From assembly GCF_009914755.1 (NCBI RefSeq), contig NC_060925.1: a stretch of DNA of 64,000 nt; one strand, 5' to 3'. Positions 16,130 through 30,608 of the stretch are shown here, one piece after another. This DNA comes from the human T2T-CHM13v2.0 reference genome, Homo sapiens. A program made the position numbers and the translations under genes. Position 1 is the first letter of the stretch; each line of letters opens with the position of its first letter. Below the pieces are notes generated by a model. It was not told the DNA's origin. It saw only the letters and a list, made by a program, of their open reading frames with translations, and made no database searches.

Positions 16130-18350
16130 AGTTCATGAAAGCTTTTTCTCAAGATCCACAACAAGACAAGGATGCCCAATCTCATCATTTCTATTCAACA
16201 CAGTCCCAGAAGTCCTAGCCAGAGCCATTAGGCAAGAAAAAGAAATAAAAAGCATCCAAATCAGAGAAGAAAGAGTTAAATTATCAGTTTGTAGATGACA
16301 TGATCTCATATGTATAAAACTCTAAAGCCTCCACAATAAAATCTGTTAGAACTAAGAAAGTAATTCAGTAAAGTTACAGGATACAAAAATCAACATACAA
16401 AAATCAGTTGCATGTCTATACACTAACAAAAAACTATCCAAAAAAAAATATTTAGGAAACCAATCCCATTTACAATAGCATCAAAAAGAATAAGCTATTT
16501 AGGAATAAGTTTAACCAAGTTGAAAGACTTGTACATCAGAATCTGTGAAACATTGATGAAGGAAATTGAAGAACCAAGAAATAAATGGAATGACCTCCTG
16601 CATTCTAAAAGCAATCTAAAAGTCCATCAATGGATGAATGAATAAAGAAATTGTGGTGTGTGTGTGTGTGTGTGTGTGTGTCTATAATCATTTTCAATAT
16701 AAATACTGAAATAATGAAATATTATTCAGCCTTAATATTTATTGGGTCAGAGGGATTAATATGGTTAAAAGGTCCATGCTATCCAAAGTGATTGACAGAT
16801 CCAATGCAAATCCTATCAAAAAACCAATAGCATTTTTTACAGAAATTTTAAAAAGTACACAAAAGACTCTAAATAGCCAAAGGAATTTTCAGCAAGAAGA
16901 ACCAAATCGGAGGTATATTTTCTGATTTCAAAACATATTACAAATCTACAGTAATCAAAACAGTGTGGTACTGGCATAAAAACGACATATAGATCAATGG
17001 AACAGAATAGAGAGCCCAGAGATACACCTACACATATATGATCAAATGGTATTTGACACGGGTGCCAAGAATATACAGGAAAAAATAGTCTCTTCAATAA
17101 TGCTACTGGAAGAACTGGATATCCACATGCAAAAGAATAAAATTGGGCACTTAGCTTATACCATGCACAAAAATGGATTAAAGACAAATCTAAGATCTGA
17201 AATCATAAAACTCCTAGAAGAAAACATAGGAAACAAGCTTCTTGACAATGATCTGGGCAATGGCTTCTTGGATATGACACCAAAAGCAATAATAAACAAG
17301 TGGTATTGCATCAAACTAAAAAGCTTCTGCACAGCAAAGGAAACAATCAATGAAATGAAAAGGTAACCTACAATATGGCAAAAAAAAAGTTTGAAAACCA
17401 TTTAAATGATAAATGACTAATATCTAGAATATATAAGGAACTTCTACAACTCAATAGGAAAATAATAATAACCCAATTAAAAATGAATAAAGGACCTCAA
17501 TAGATATTTCTCCAAAGAAGACCTATAAATGGCCAATGGATATATAAAAAAAGTTCAATATCACAAATCATCATGGAAATGCAAATCAAAGCCACAATGA
17601 GATATCACCTCACACCTATTAGAATGGCTATGATCCAAAAGGCAAGAGATAACAAGAGTTGACGAACATGTAGAGAAAAGGGTACACTGTTGGTGGGAAT
17701 GTAAATTAGTGCACCCACTATGGAAAACAGTATGGAGATTCCTCAAAAAATTAAAAACAGAACTACCCTATAGGATTCAGCAATCCCATTTGAGGATATA
17801 TGTCCAAAGAAATTAAAAATCAGAATTTTGAAGAGATATCTGCACTCCCATGTTCATTACAGCATTAGTCACAACAACAGTGAAGACATGGAAGCAATCT
17901 AAAAGTCCATCTACAAATGAATGGATAAAGAAATTGTGGCATATATACACACAAACACACACAAAATGGAAACATTAACAAAGAAAAAAATCCTGCCATT
18001 TGCAACAATATGGATAAATCAGGAGGACACTATGCTAAGTGAAATAAGCTAGACACAATGGCAAATGCTGCATGTTTCCACTTACATGAGAAATCTAAAA
18101 CAGTTAGACTCATAGGAGCAGAGCATAGGAGGGTGTATGCCAGGGGCTGGGGAAAAGGTGATATGAGGAGGTATTGGTCAAAGGGTACAAAATTTCAGGT
18201 ATGCAAGATGAATAAGTTCTACAGTTACACTGTACAGCATAGTGCCTATAGTTAACAATACAAAATTGTATAGTTAAAAATTTGCTAAGAGGGTAGATCT
18301 TATGCTGAGTGCTCCTATAACAAACATATGCACACACACACACAAAGAAA
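16130..18350 (+). mobile_element. L1MA (L1MA8/9-like) ORF2 3' half and 3'UTR
   Basis: [29 protein letters not shown] and [14 protein letters not shown] remnants; 3'UTR tttgctaagagggtagatctt. Confidence 0.88.
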
Positions 18351-18727
18351 TGCATACCAAAAGCACATAGGAGTGAAAAAGACGTTAAGTTTTTATTTAA
18401 AATGCACCAACAAAAGAAAATAAAACTTCTAAAAAGATACGTAAAGAGAAAATGACTAAAGCTTCATATTTACTGAATGTACTTAATCTGTACATTGGAT
18501 TTATTTTTCTAGTATCTCTATCCTAGTGTATAGGTGACAATGTTCAATGTTCATAATAAAAATTTTTAAGTGCAAAAAAAATTCTGTACAATTCAAAGCT
18601 TCCTATGCACAAAGAGATAAAATAACCACTTATTATTGGCTTCTTAAAACATTTTCTTATTTTTTATAATTTATGCCACTAAGAATTTTTAAATAATTGG
18701 TACAACCAGTATCAAAAGGTATTAAGA

Positions 18728-19015
18728 GGCCAGGCACAGTGGCTCATGCCTGTAATCTCAGCACTTTGGGAGACCAAGGTGGGCAGATCACCTGAGGTCA
18801 GGAGTTCCAGACCAGCCTGGCCAACATGGCAAAACCCCATCTCTAATAAAGATACAAAAATTAGCCAGGCATGGTGGTGCACACCTGTGGCCCCAGTTAC
18901 TCGGGAGGCTGAGGCAGAATTGCTTGAACCCAGAAGACAAAGACAGTGGTGAGCCAAGATTGTGCCACTGCCCTCCAGCCTCCAGGAGAGTGAGTTTCTG
19001 TCTCAAAAAAAAAAG
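18728..19015 (+). mobile_element. AluS
   Basis: Alu dimer and A tail. Confidence 0.9.
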
Positions 19016-19029
19016 TGTTAAGGTTTTAT

Positions 19030-19720
<691 letters not shown>

Positions 19721-20208
19721 AAAGGGTAAACATGAAATAAATGGATTATATACATTATTCATTTAAAATTACTACCAGTGAACGGTAATGACCAGTAATT
19801 GGTATCAGCCACTAACTGGTTATTTCAGCCTTGGGCAAATTATATTATTGTTTTACCTCTTACTTGTGTGAAATGGGGATTCTAATGTTCATCTTTAAGG
19901 GTTAGTCAGTGGGTTAAATGTAGCACATAAAGGAGCCCCTATAAAGGCATGCAATAATAAATAGCTATTTTCCTAATTCCTCCTCTCATCTATACTATTG
20001 CAGCCCCAGGATGCTGATGAACTGGAAGAATTACTCAGCAGCTATGCTTTCATATGTGATTATGTTGCTGAAGGTCAATAAAACATTGAGATTCCCAATG
20101 ATATTTCCCATTTTTTTCTACATCTCCCTTATAGCTAAGGTGAGCTGTAAAGCACTTCAATCTTATTTAAAGCTTCATAAAAATTCTTCAGTAGACATTT
20201 AATGACAT

Positions 20209-20749
20209 TGTCTTAGTTTGGGTTTTGTCAAAAGCAAAGCCTGAGACAAAGTCTTGGGTACAGATGATCTGCTGGGGAGGTGGTTCCAGAAAGAGGGGTG
20301 AGGGAGCCAGGAGAGTGAGAGAAGAGAGAAGGAAAAACAAAAACAAAGGTGCATTATCAAGTTCACCACTATGAGCAAACAGGGATTTGATTTGGTCTGG
20401 AGCTCTTGAAAAGCATGCATAATGCCCCCACAAAGAAGTGGCCACCCAAAGGACAGGGGGCTGGAGCATTTATCCACTGGGTTCTGTCCCACATTGGTTG
20501 AGGGTTGACCTTGAAGGCATTAAGACTCCCACCCCATTGGGCTGCACTTGCATGGGAATTGTGCAGGCTTTTGTGGCATCAAAGAAAGCCCTGGGGAAGA
20601 AAGCAGGAAGACGTACAGCATACATGTGAAGTGTGGCATTGTCAGCACAAGGTGAGTGTGAACTTGTGTGGAACTGTCCACTGCAGCTACAGCTAAAAAC
20701 AGAGGTGGGCTGAGGAGATATGACACGGGTGCCAGAGGCTTTTGCTACA
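20209..20749 (-). mobile_element. Solo ERVL LTR (LTR33-like)
   Basis: TG...CA termini (tgtcttagtttgggt ... tttgctaca); 5-bp TSD gacat/tacat. Confidence 0.7.
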
Positions 20750-21014
20750 TACATCACTCAGGAAAATTTTGGTCAAGTTACTGCTGCTAAAAGAACAAAC
20801 ATGACACAATTGTCATAACTTTCTTTCCTGTTTTCCTTCTCAAAGATGGCAGTAACAATTACATGTTTAAAGCTTATGGCATTACTTCAATGATCCAAAT
20901 GCTGCAAAAGAACTCTTGCATATTTCTTTGACAAGCCCAGGGAGCTGAGCAGGCATGATATTGACTGCTGTATGTTTACGACTCTCAAAAACTCTTATAC
21001 CTATGCTCACTTTT

Positions 21015-23190
21015 TTAAATTTTTTAAAATTATACTTTAAGTTCTGGGATACATGTGCAGAACATGCAGTTTTGTTATATGGGCATATGCGTGCCATGGT
21101 GGTTTGCTGCACCCATCAACCTGTCATCTACATTAGGTATTTCTCCTAATGCTATCCCTCCCCTAGCCCCACCACCCCCAACAGGCCCCAGTGTGTGATG
21201 TTCCCCTCCCTGTGTCTATGTGTTCTCATTGTTCAGCTCTCACTTATGAGTGAGAACATGCAGTGTTTGGTTTTCTATTCTTATGTTAGTTTGCTGAGAA
21301 TGATGGATTCCAGCTTCATCCATGTCCCTGCAAAGGACATGAACTCATCATTTTCTATGAATGCATAGTATTCCATGGTATATATGTGCCACATTTTCTT
21401 TATCCAGTCTATCATTGATGGGCATTTGTGTCAGTTCCAAGTCTTAGCTATCGTGAACATTGCTGCAATAAACATACGTGTGCATGTGTTTTTATAGTAG
21501 AATGATTTATAATCCTTTGGGTATATACCCAGTCATGGGATTGCTGGGTCAAAAGGTATTTCTGGTTCTAGATCCTTGAGGAATCGCCACACTGTCTTCC
21601 ATAATGGTTGAACTAATTTACACTCCTACACTCGCACCAACAGTGTAAAAGCGTTCTTATTTCTCCCCATCCTCTCCAGCATCTGTTGTTTCCTGACTTT
21701 TTAATGATCGCCATTCTAACTGGGATGAGATGGTATCTCATTGTGGTTTTGATTTGCATTTCTCTAAAGACCAGTGATGATGAGCTTTTTTTCACATGTT
21801 TGTTGGCCACATAAATGTCTTCTTTTGAGAAGTATCTGTTCATATCCTTTGCCAACTTTTTGATGCGGTTGTTTTTTTTTTTTCTTGTAAATTTGTTTAA
21901 GTTCTTTGTAGATTCTGGATATTAGCCCTTTGTCAGATGGGTAGATTGCAAAAATTTTCTCCCATTCTGTAGGTTGCCTGTTCACTCTGATAATAGTTTC
22001 TTTTGCTGTGCAGAAGCTCTTTAGTTTAATTAGATCCAATTTGTCAATTTTGGCTTTTGTTGCAGTTGCTTTTGGTGTTTTAGTCATAAAGTCTTTGCCC
22101 ATGCCTATGTCCTGAATGGTATTGCCTAGGTTTTCTTCTAGGGTTTTTATGGTTTTAGGTCTTGTGTTTAAGTCTTTAATCCATCTTGAGTTAATTTTTG
22201 TATAAGGTGTAAGGAAGGGGACCAGATTCAGTTTTCTGCATAAGGCTAGCCAGCTTTCCCAACACCATTTATTAAATAGGAAATCCTGCCAGGTGCAGTG
22301 GCTCACGCCTGTAATCCCAGCACTTTGGGAGGCTGAAGTGGGTGGATCACGAGGTCAGGAGATTGAGACCATCCTGGCTAACACAGTGAAATCCCGTCTC
22401 TACTAAAAATACAAAAAATTAGCCAGGCGTGGTGGTGGGCGCCTGTAGTCCCAGCTACTCAGAAGGCTGAGGCAGGAGAATGGCGTGAACCCAGGAGGCA
22501 GAGCTTGCAGTGAGCCGAGTTCACACCACTGCCCTCCAGCCTGGGCGACAGAGAGACCGTGTTTCAAAAAAAAAAAAAAACAAAAAAAAAAACAGAGAAT
22601 CCTTTCCCCGTTGCTTGTTTTTGTCAGGTTTGTCAAAGACCAGATGGTTGTAGATGTGTGGCGTTATTTCTGAAGCCTCTGTTCTGTTCCACTGGTCTAT
22701 ATATCTGTTTTGGTACCAGTACCATGCTGTTTTGGTTACTGCAGCCTCAGGATACAAAATCAATGTGCAAAAATCACAAGCATTCCTATACACCAATGAT
22801 AGAGAAACAGAAAGCCAAATCATGAGTGAACTCCCATTCACAATTGCTACAAAGAGAATGAAATACCTAGGAATACAACTTACAAGGGATGTGAAGGACC
22901 TCTTCAAGGAGAACTACAAACCACTGCTCAAGGAAATAGGAGAGGACACAAACAAATGGAAAAACATTACATGCTCATGGATAGGAAGAATCAATATCGT
23001 GAAAATGGCCATAATGCCCAAAGTAATTTATAAATTCAATGCTATCCCCATCAAGCTACTGTTGACTTTCTTCACAGAATTGGAAAAAACTACTTTAAAT
23101 TTCATACGGAACCAAAAAAGAGCCCATACAGCCAAGACAATCCTAAGCAAAAAGAACAAAGCTGGAGGAATCATGCTACCTGACTTCAAA
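21015..23190 (-). mobile_element. L1PA (L1PA7-like), 5'-truncated with 5' inversion
   Basis: Minus-strand 3'UTR/ORF2 to ~22747, then plus-strand ORF2 to 23190; TSD ctatgctcactttt at 21001-21014 and 23191-23204. Confidence 0.93.
22288..22592 (+). mobile_element. AluY inserted in L1PA ORF2
   Basis: AluY diagnostics; degenerate TSD ending in aatcct. Confidence 0.92.
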
Positions 23191-24279
23191 CTATGCTCAC
23201 TTTTCTAGAAAAATGGGCTGAATATTCCTATTTACACTGGCTAATAAATGACATGTCTTCCTCTTCTCCCTCCCCAAAATCTACAAATTACAGCATCAAT
23301 TTTTTAAAAATCTATTGCGTTGCTGAAAGCAGGGAAGCGGTACCACCTGCAGATTAAAACAAGGAGAAGTTTCCAGGGGATATAGAGCCAATGAGAAAAG
23401 GCTGACAGAGACAACAGATTTAGGCTTCTCTACTATTTGACCTTGTTTACACTGCCACAGGAACAGTTCCAAATATGGTCAACCTGTGAGGTGAATACTG
23501 CAATAGTATAGGCAACATTTGAATCCCAAGGAATGAGACACAGAAGCCTTCTATCTTTAGCAAGTTTGAAAATGGGTTTATTCCTGCTACAATAGCTGTT
23601 CTTGGCAGAATGCTAACAGGTACCAAGACTTTGCAGCTCCCAAAACACATATTTTCAGAGTGTCATGTTAAGATGCCCTTTTAATGCAGTCTGTGATTGG
23701 ACTCCCTGGTTCCCTCACTCCAGGCAGATGTCCTGACAGAGAGTATCGCCTGAGTACTAAAGGATTGTCATAAAACAGACTTCATTTCTTCGTCTTCCTC
23801 TATTATAGGTAACCTAAATGTTTATTACAAGTCTGCTTTTGCATCATTCTCTATGTCTTATCAGTAGGAAAATATTGGGAGAGCAAGGGTCAAGGAGAAG
23901 TAGGCATCTAGGGGTTGGCTTTAAAGTATGTCATCAAGCATGAAGAGCTGACCCTCACATGCAATCTCTCTGACCCAACAAACAGAAGACCTGCAAAGAT
24001 TAGAAGCATAGAAAGCCAACTGCAAAAGAAGAGCTTGAGCAGTAAGTAACACAACTAATCCACGGCCCAAACAAACAGACAGACAACCCTGTTCTTGGGT
24101 CTTCTGACTCCAAAATTTGCCCCCAGAATAGAGCCATGAGAACAGATTTTCTAAAATTGAGAATTCTGACAGCAGAGACTCCTGGATTAAGTGCCAGGTG
24201 GAGAAATAGAAGGGTCCCCAGGTCATTTAAAGGCTGCAGTAGGGGACAAGGAACACTGGATAGCCATCATAGCCAGGGG

Positions 24280-24725
24280 GCACTAGACAGAACAATGGCT
24301 TCCCAAAGATATTCAGCCCTAATTCCCAGAACCTGTGACTCTTACTTTACATGGAAAAAGGGAGTTTGCAGATGTGATTAAGTGAAAGATCTTGAGGGTC
24401 CAATATAATCATGGAGGTCCTTAGTGAAAGAGGAAGGCAGGAGAATCAGAATCCAAGAAGGTATGAGGCAGGCGGTCTGAGCAATGTGACTGCTGTTTGA
24501 AGATGGAGGAAGTCATGAGCCAAGGAATGTGGGAAGTCTCAGAAGCTGGAAAAGGCATGGAACAAAGTCTCCCCTGGAGCCTCCAGAGGATGGTGCTGAC
24601 ACTTTGATGTTAGCCCCATTTTAGACCCCTCTTGGACTTCTACCCTCAGAACCGCAAGATAGCAAATCTTTGTTGTTTTAAGTTTGTGGTAATTTGTTAA
24701 CAGAAGCAATAGAAAATTAATAGAC
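24280..24725 (+). mobile_element. MLT1 (MLT1D-like) MaLR LTR
   Basis: aatggcttcccaaagat..cccagaacctgtga..tttgcagatgtgattaag...gtaatttgttaacagaagcaatagaaaattaata. Confidence 0.85.
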
Positions 24726-25054
24726 AAAGTTTGTATAATCAGACGAGGTATTCACTGACAGGTAAAAAGGGATTTTCACCTGTGTTCAATTACAACTGTC
24801 TTCTGCATATATAAGCACATTTAAAAGAATCACCAAATATTTAAGAAAAGGCTCAGCATGAAAGGCACCGATATATTTTTAAAAAAAGAAAATAATTAAG
24901 CCTCAAGCAAGCATTTAATGCATGTTTAGAATAATCTGAATTTAGAAGGCATGAAGGATAGAACCAGAAGCTCACACATCTTCATAGTAGAGGTTAGAAA
25001 AAGAAAAAAAAATGGAGAAAACAGAGGGAGATAAATAAAGAAATAATAGAGAGA

Positions 25055-25423
<369 letters not shown>

Positions 25424-25503
25424 GAAGGAAGGAAGGGAGGGAAGGAGGGAGGGTGGAAGGGAGGGAGGGAGGGAGGAAGGAAGGAAAGAAGGAAGGAAGG
25501 AGA
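25424..25503. repeat. (GGAA/GGGA)n purine tract
   Basis: gaaggaaggaagggagggaaggagg... Confidence 0.9.
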
Positions 25504-26341
25504 GAAAAGTATCTATGCTGAGCTAAAGCAAGATTCTAATCTTCAGACTGAATGGGTCTACCAAGTGCCATGTAGAAAGAATTAAACAAACAAAAAGCCA
25601 TTTTTTTGATACAGCTTAGTAAAATTTTCTGAACTCAAAAGAAAATCTTTAAGGTTATAAAAGACAAAACACAAAAGCAAAATTTAAATTAGCATCAGAC
25701 TTCTTACCCACAACTCTGGACAACATGATAATGGAACAATAGCTTTAAAGTTTTGAAAGAAAGTTGCTTTTAATCTAATACCCAGTCAAAACTATCATGC
25801 ACATTTAGGAGCAATATAAAGACATATTCAGGTGCAAGGCTCAGAACATTTACCACAATAAACCCTTTCTGAAAAAAATTATGTGAGAATAACCATTAAA
25901 ATAAAAATGAATTCAACAAAGAACATAATAACAGTGATAAAGAAAGCAGTAAAAGTTATGGTTAAGTATAAGTAATATTGATAATACTAATTCCTAATAA
26001 AGAATAACCATAATTTTGTTTACATAACACTCCAGAGGTAAAATTCAGATTATTCTAAACAAAACATGGATGATGGTAAGTGGGGGGAATCTTAAGGGGA
26101 GAAAAGTCATAAGGGCATGGTGATAGGTTCTAGATATTGAAATTTTCTCAACATTAATTTTTAAAAATGTAAGTTTAAGTGTTATTGCTTAAAATATGAG
26201 TAACTACTAGCAAAAGAAAAATATATACGACTCCAAAACTAGATTTTTTTAAAAAAACATAACAAATAGAACTCACTATAAGGTATCAGGGAAATAAGCA
26301 AACATCAGTTATCACAAACAATGGGATGTGTTCAACTTTCC

Positions 26342-26586
26342 TTTTTTTTTTTGAGACGGAGTCTCACTCTGTCGCCAGGCTAGAGTGCAGTGGCAGCGAT
26401 CTCGACTCACTGTAACCTCCACCTCCTGGGTTCAAGTGATTCCCCTGTCTCAGCCTCCCAAGTAGCTGAGACTACAGGCACACGCCACCACGCCCAGCTT
26501 ATTTTTTGTATTTTACTAGAGATGGGGTTCACCATGTTGGCCAGGATGGCCTTGATCTCCTGACCTTGTGATCTGCCTGCCTCCGT
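26342..26586 (-). mobile_element. AluS, 5'-truncated
   Basis: Right arm plus partial left arm. Confidence 0.88.
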
Positions 26587-27204
26587 CTATTAAAGCAAAG
26601 GTTCTCAAATCTATGCCGTGTAGTTTCGTTGTTGTTTTTAATCCACCTGAACTCAGCATTAGCTATTTGTAATGAACAGCTAAACCAAAATTACACACAA
26701 AGACTGAAAATAAAGTAATAGAAAAGATATACTGAATTTCAGGTAAACCTGGAAGATAGCGCACAGGCATTTATCTCTGCTCTATCCTGAAACCTCACTC
26801 AAATGGCACACATTAAAAAGTTCAAACTCACAGAGACAAAGATTGCAGAAGAGATAACAACAATCAAAACAAATTTTTAGAAGATAGGAAGTGGGGGAAT
26901 TATCAAAGCTGAAAAAGATAAATACCAAGTGCTTATACGGGGTCATGCCTGCAAAACCAAACCACGCTTCAGAACTCTAGAAGCCATACTGCAAAACCCC
27001 TTATTGAGAAAGCAGGCTTAGGAGTGGGCCTGAAAACAGGGCATTTGTTGCAAGTTTAAATGAGAAATACCGAGTGTTAATGTGAGTGGTGTTTTATATC
27101 CTAGGATGGCTTCTTGGTACTGAAAAATATTTTTAATAACTTCTTTTATATTAAATTTTTTAATATTTTAATATAAAATGTTAAGCTTTAAAGTCACACA
27201 TTTC

Positions 27205-27512
27205 TGGCAATGTCTCATGCCTATAGTCCCAGCACTTTGGAAGGCTGAGGTGGGAGGATCACTCGAGCCAGGAGTTTGAGACCAGCCTGGGCAACATGAT
27301 GAGATCTCATCTCTACAAAAAAACAAACAAAAAAAATCAGCCAGGTGTTGTGGCACATATACCTGCAGTCCCAGCTACCGGGGAGGCTGATGTAGAAGGA
27401 TCACGAGCCCAAGAGATCAAGTCTGCAATGAACTGTGATTATGCTACTGCATTTCACCCTGGGCAACAGAATGAGGCTCTGTCTCAAAAATAAATAAACA
27501 AAAATAAAATAC
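27205..27512 (+). mobile_element. AluJ
   Basis: Diverged Alu dimer. Confidence 0.85.
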
Positions 27513-27689
27513 AAATTTTAGAACCTAGATTTCCTGAAGCCTTTAAATTCAAACTTTTACAACTTTATTAATCCATTTATAAATATAGGAAATAGTATAT
27601 AAAAGCATTATCTTTCAGTGAGTGATCAACTCCACTTGTAAACACTAAATTAAATTTGCCTTACACTGTCTTAATTGCAAACCTGTTGT

Positions 27690-28059
<370 letters not shown>

Positions 28060-29139
28060 TAGATATTTTAAACTGCATTTAGAAATTCAATATATTTATA
28101 TTTATAAAATATATTTGGTTTTTAAAAATAGCCTACCAACGCATTGCTAAGAACATATCCCCATCATTAATTGACACATGACTATATTTTATAAAGAGCA
28201 TTTAACTATCACAAAAGAGCTCATAAAATCAAAATTTGATAGCAGAAATGTTTTCTAAATTAGTGAAAGGATGGGAAAATAAAGTTGGTGAAATCTCTCT
28301 GAAAGTAGAATCAAACAAAAGAATGTACAACACTCTGATGAATGTTTGACTAAGAGTTCCAGAAAAAAAAAGAAGAAGAAGAGGGTGGAGAAAAAATTGT
28401 CACAGAAATAATACAAGAAAGCTTCTCAGACCTTAAGAATATAACACTCTATATTTAAAAGGAGTACCATAATAAATGAGAAAAAATGAACACAAAGATA
28501 CATCGTCATGAACTTGTCACTGTATTTGGAATAAAAATGGTTCATAAAGCTTCCAAAGGGGAAAAAAAAGTTTAATAAAAAGGACATCAAATGGTAGCCA
28601 GGCTTTTCAAAAATGATATTAAGAACTAAAAAGAAATTAATCAATGCTTCTAAAGCGCTGCAAGAAAATTATTTCCAATTTAGAATTCTATGTCCAAACA
28701 GAAGGGGGATAAGGCAAAGTAACTATACATCCATGGAAAATCTCAAAAAATGTATCTCTTCTGTATCATTTATCAGGAAACTATTGGAGAATGAGCTCCA
28801 TCAAAATGCAGGAGCAAAAAAGGTGAAAATACAAGATTTAGAGTATAAAGAATCCAACGGGAGTGCAGGCCTGCAGAACAATCATTCTAGATTAGAGCAG
28901 GATAAGAGACTCTGGGGGGAGGGGTGATGGATGTGTGTTACGTTTTGATCATGAGGAAAATAATATTCAGAGGAGTTCTATATTTGCTTTGGAGGAAGAA
29001 TCAGTGATGAAGTGAATAATGCAAACTTTAAAGTGACACCATTGTAAACTGCAAGAAAATAAAAAATTTGAATAAGAAAGGAAATGCAATCATGTTCTTG
29101 CTTTGGCTCAATAGTGAAAATTCTTACATAATCATAACG

Positions 29140-29295
29140 TAAGTTACTTGGAGGCTTACTTCTCCCATTTATAAAATGGGTAAATGAATAATAATAACAC
29201 TCACTCTGATTGTTGTGATAATGGAATTAATGAATATAAGCACTTAAAGATATTCCTGGCATATAGTAAATACTCAATAAATATTAGCTGTATTG
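29140..29295 (+). mobile_element. MIR
   Basis: aagttactt...taaaatggg...cctggcatatagtaaatactcaataaatattagct. Confidence 0.7.
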
Positions 29296-29815
29296 TTAGC
29301 TATGTGTGAAGAAAATACTGAAAATTTATTTAACCAAAAGTTATGATACAACTATAGTAAGAATAGAGAGTTCTTTTTTCTTAGATAATAAGAAGTCAAT
29401 AACCATATAAGCATATTTTTTAGAAACCAAGGAGTAAATACTATATAAAACAGCTAAAATAATTGAAAGTAGATGTCACTGGAAGTAGCATCAGGGGAAA
29501 ACTAGGTACTGAAGGTTTTTTTAATAATCCTTTTAAGAATATTTGACTTTCTAAAACTACTTGCAGTTTTTTAATTAAAAATAAAAATAATTCTAAAATA
29601 ACAGAGCCAAACCAGGAAAACACTAAAACGAAAGTATGTGTGGCCATATCTGACAATATTGAATTGAAATTCAAAATGGATCAGAAAGGATAACCAATTA
29701 CCATGAATATGAAACTATCATGAACCATTATGTACATAACAATGTAATCAAACTATTAAAAGTGAAAAGGTAATTTGACAAATTCTAAATTACAGAGCAA
29801 AGTTTTAACAGACCA

Positions 29816-30189
29816 CATATTAGTTCATTCTTACACTACTAATGAAGACATACCAGAGACTGAGTAATTTATAAAGGAAAGAGGTTTTATTGACTCACAG
29901 TTCGCATGGCTCTGGAGGCCTCAAGAAACTTAAAATCGTGGTGAAAGAGGAAGCAAACAGTCCTTCTTCACAGGGCAGCAGGACGAAGAAGTACCAAGCA
30001 AAAAGGGGGAAAAGCCCCTTATAAAACCATCAGGTCTCATGAGCACTCACTCATTATCACGAGAACAGCATGAGGGTAACTGCCCCCGTGATTAAATTAT
30101 CTCCCACTGGTCCCTTTGACAACACGTGAAGATTGTGGGAACTATAATTCAAGATGAGATTTGGGTGGGAATGCAGCCAAACCGTATCA
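29816..30189 (-). mobile_element. THE1 (THE1C-like) solo LTR
   Basis: gagactgagtaatttataaaggaaagagg...gatgagatttgggtggg..cagccaaaccgtatca; TSD gacca on both sides. Confidence 0.92.
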
Positions 30190-30268
30190 GACCACTCTCA
30201 AAAACTCAAAAACTGACAGATAAAATGGAACAAAAATAGATACCAAAAATAAGAAGTTTGAATAAGAT

Positions 30269-30608
<340 letters not shown>

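Noticed and set aside
21764-22306. 180-aa L1 ORF2 fragment as a functional gene
   Set aside because: Part of a truncated, inverted, Alu-interrupted L1
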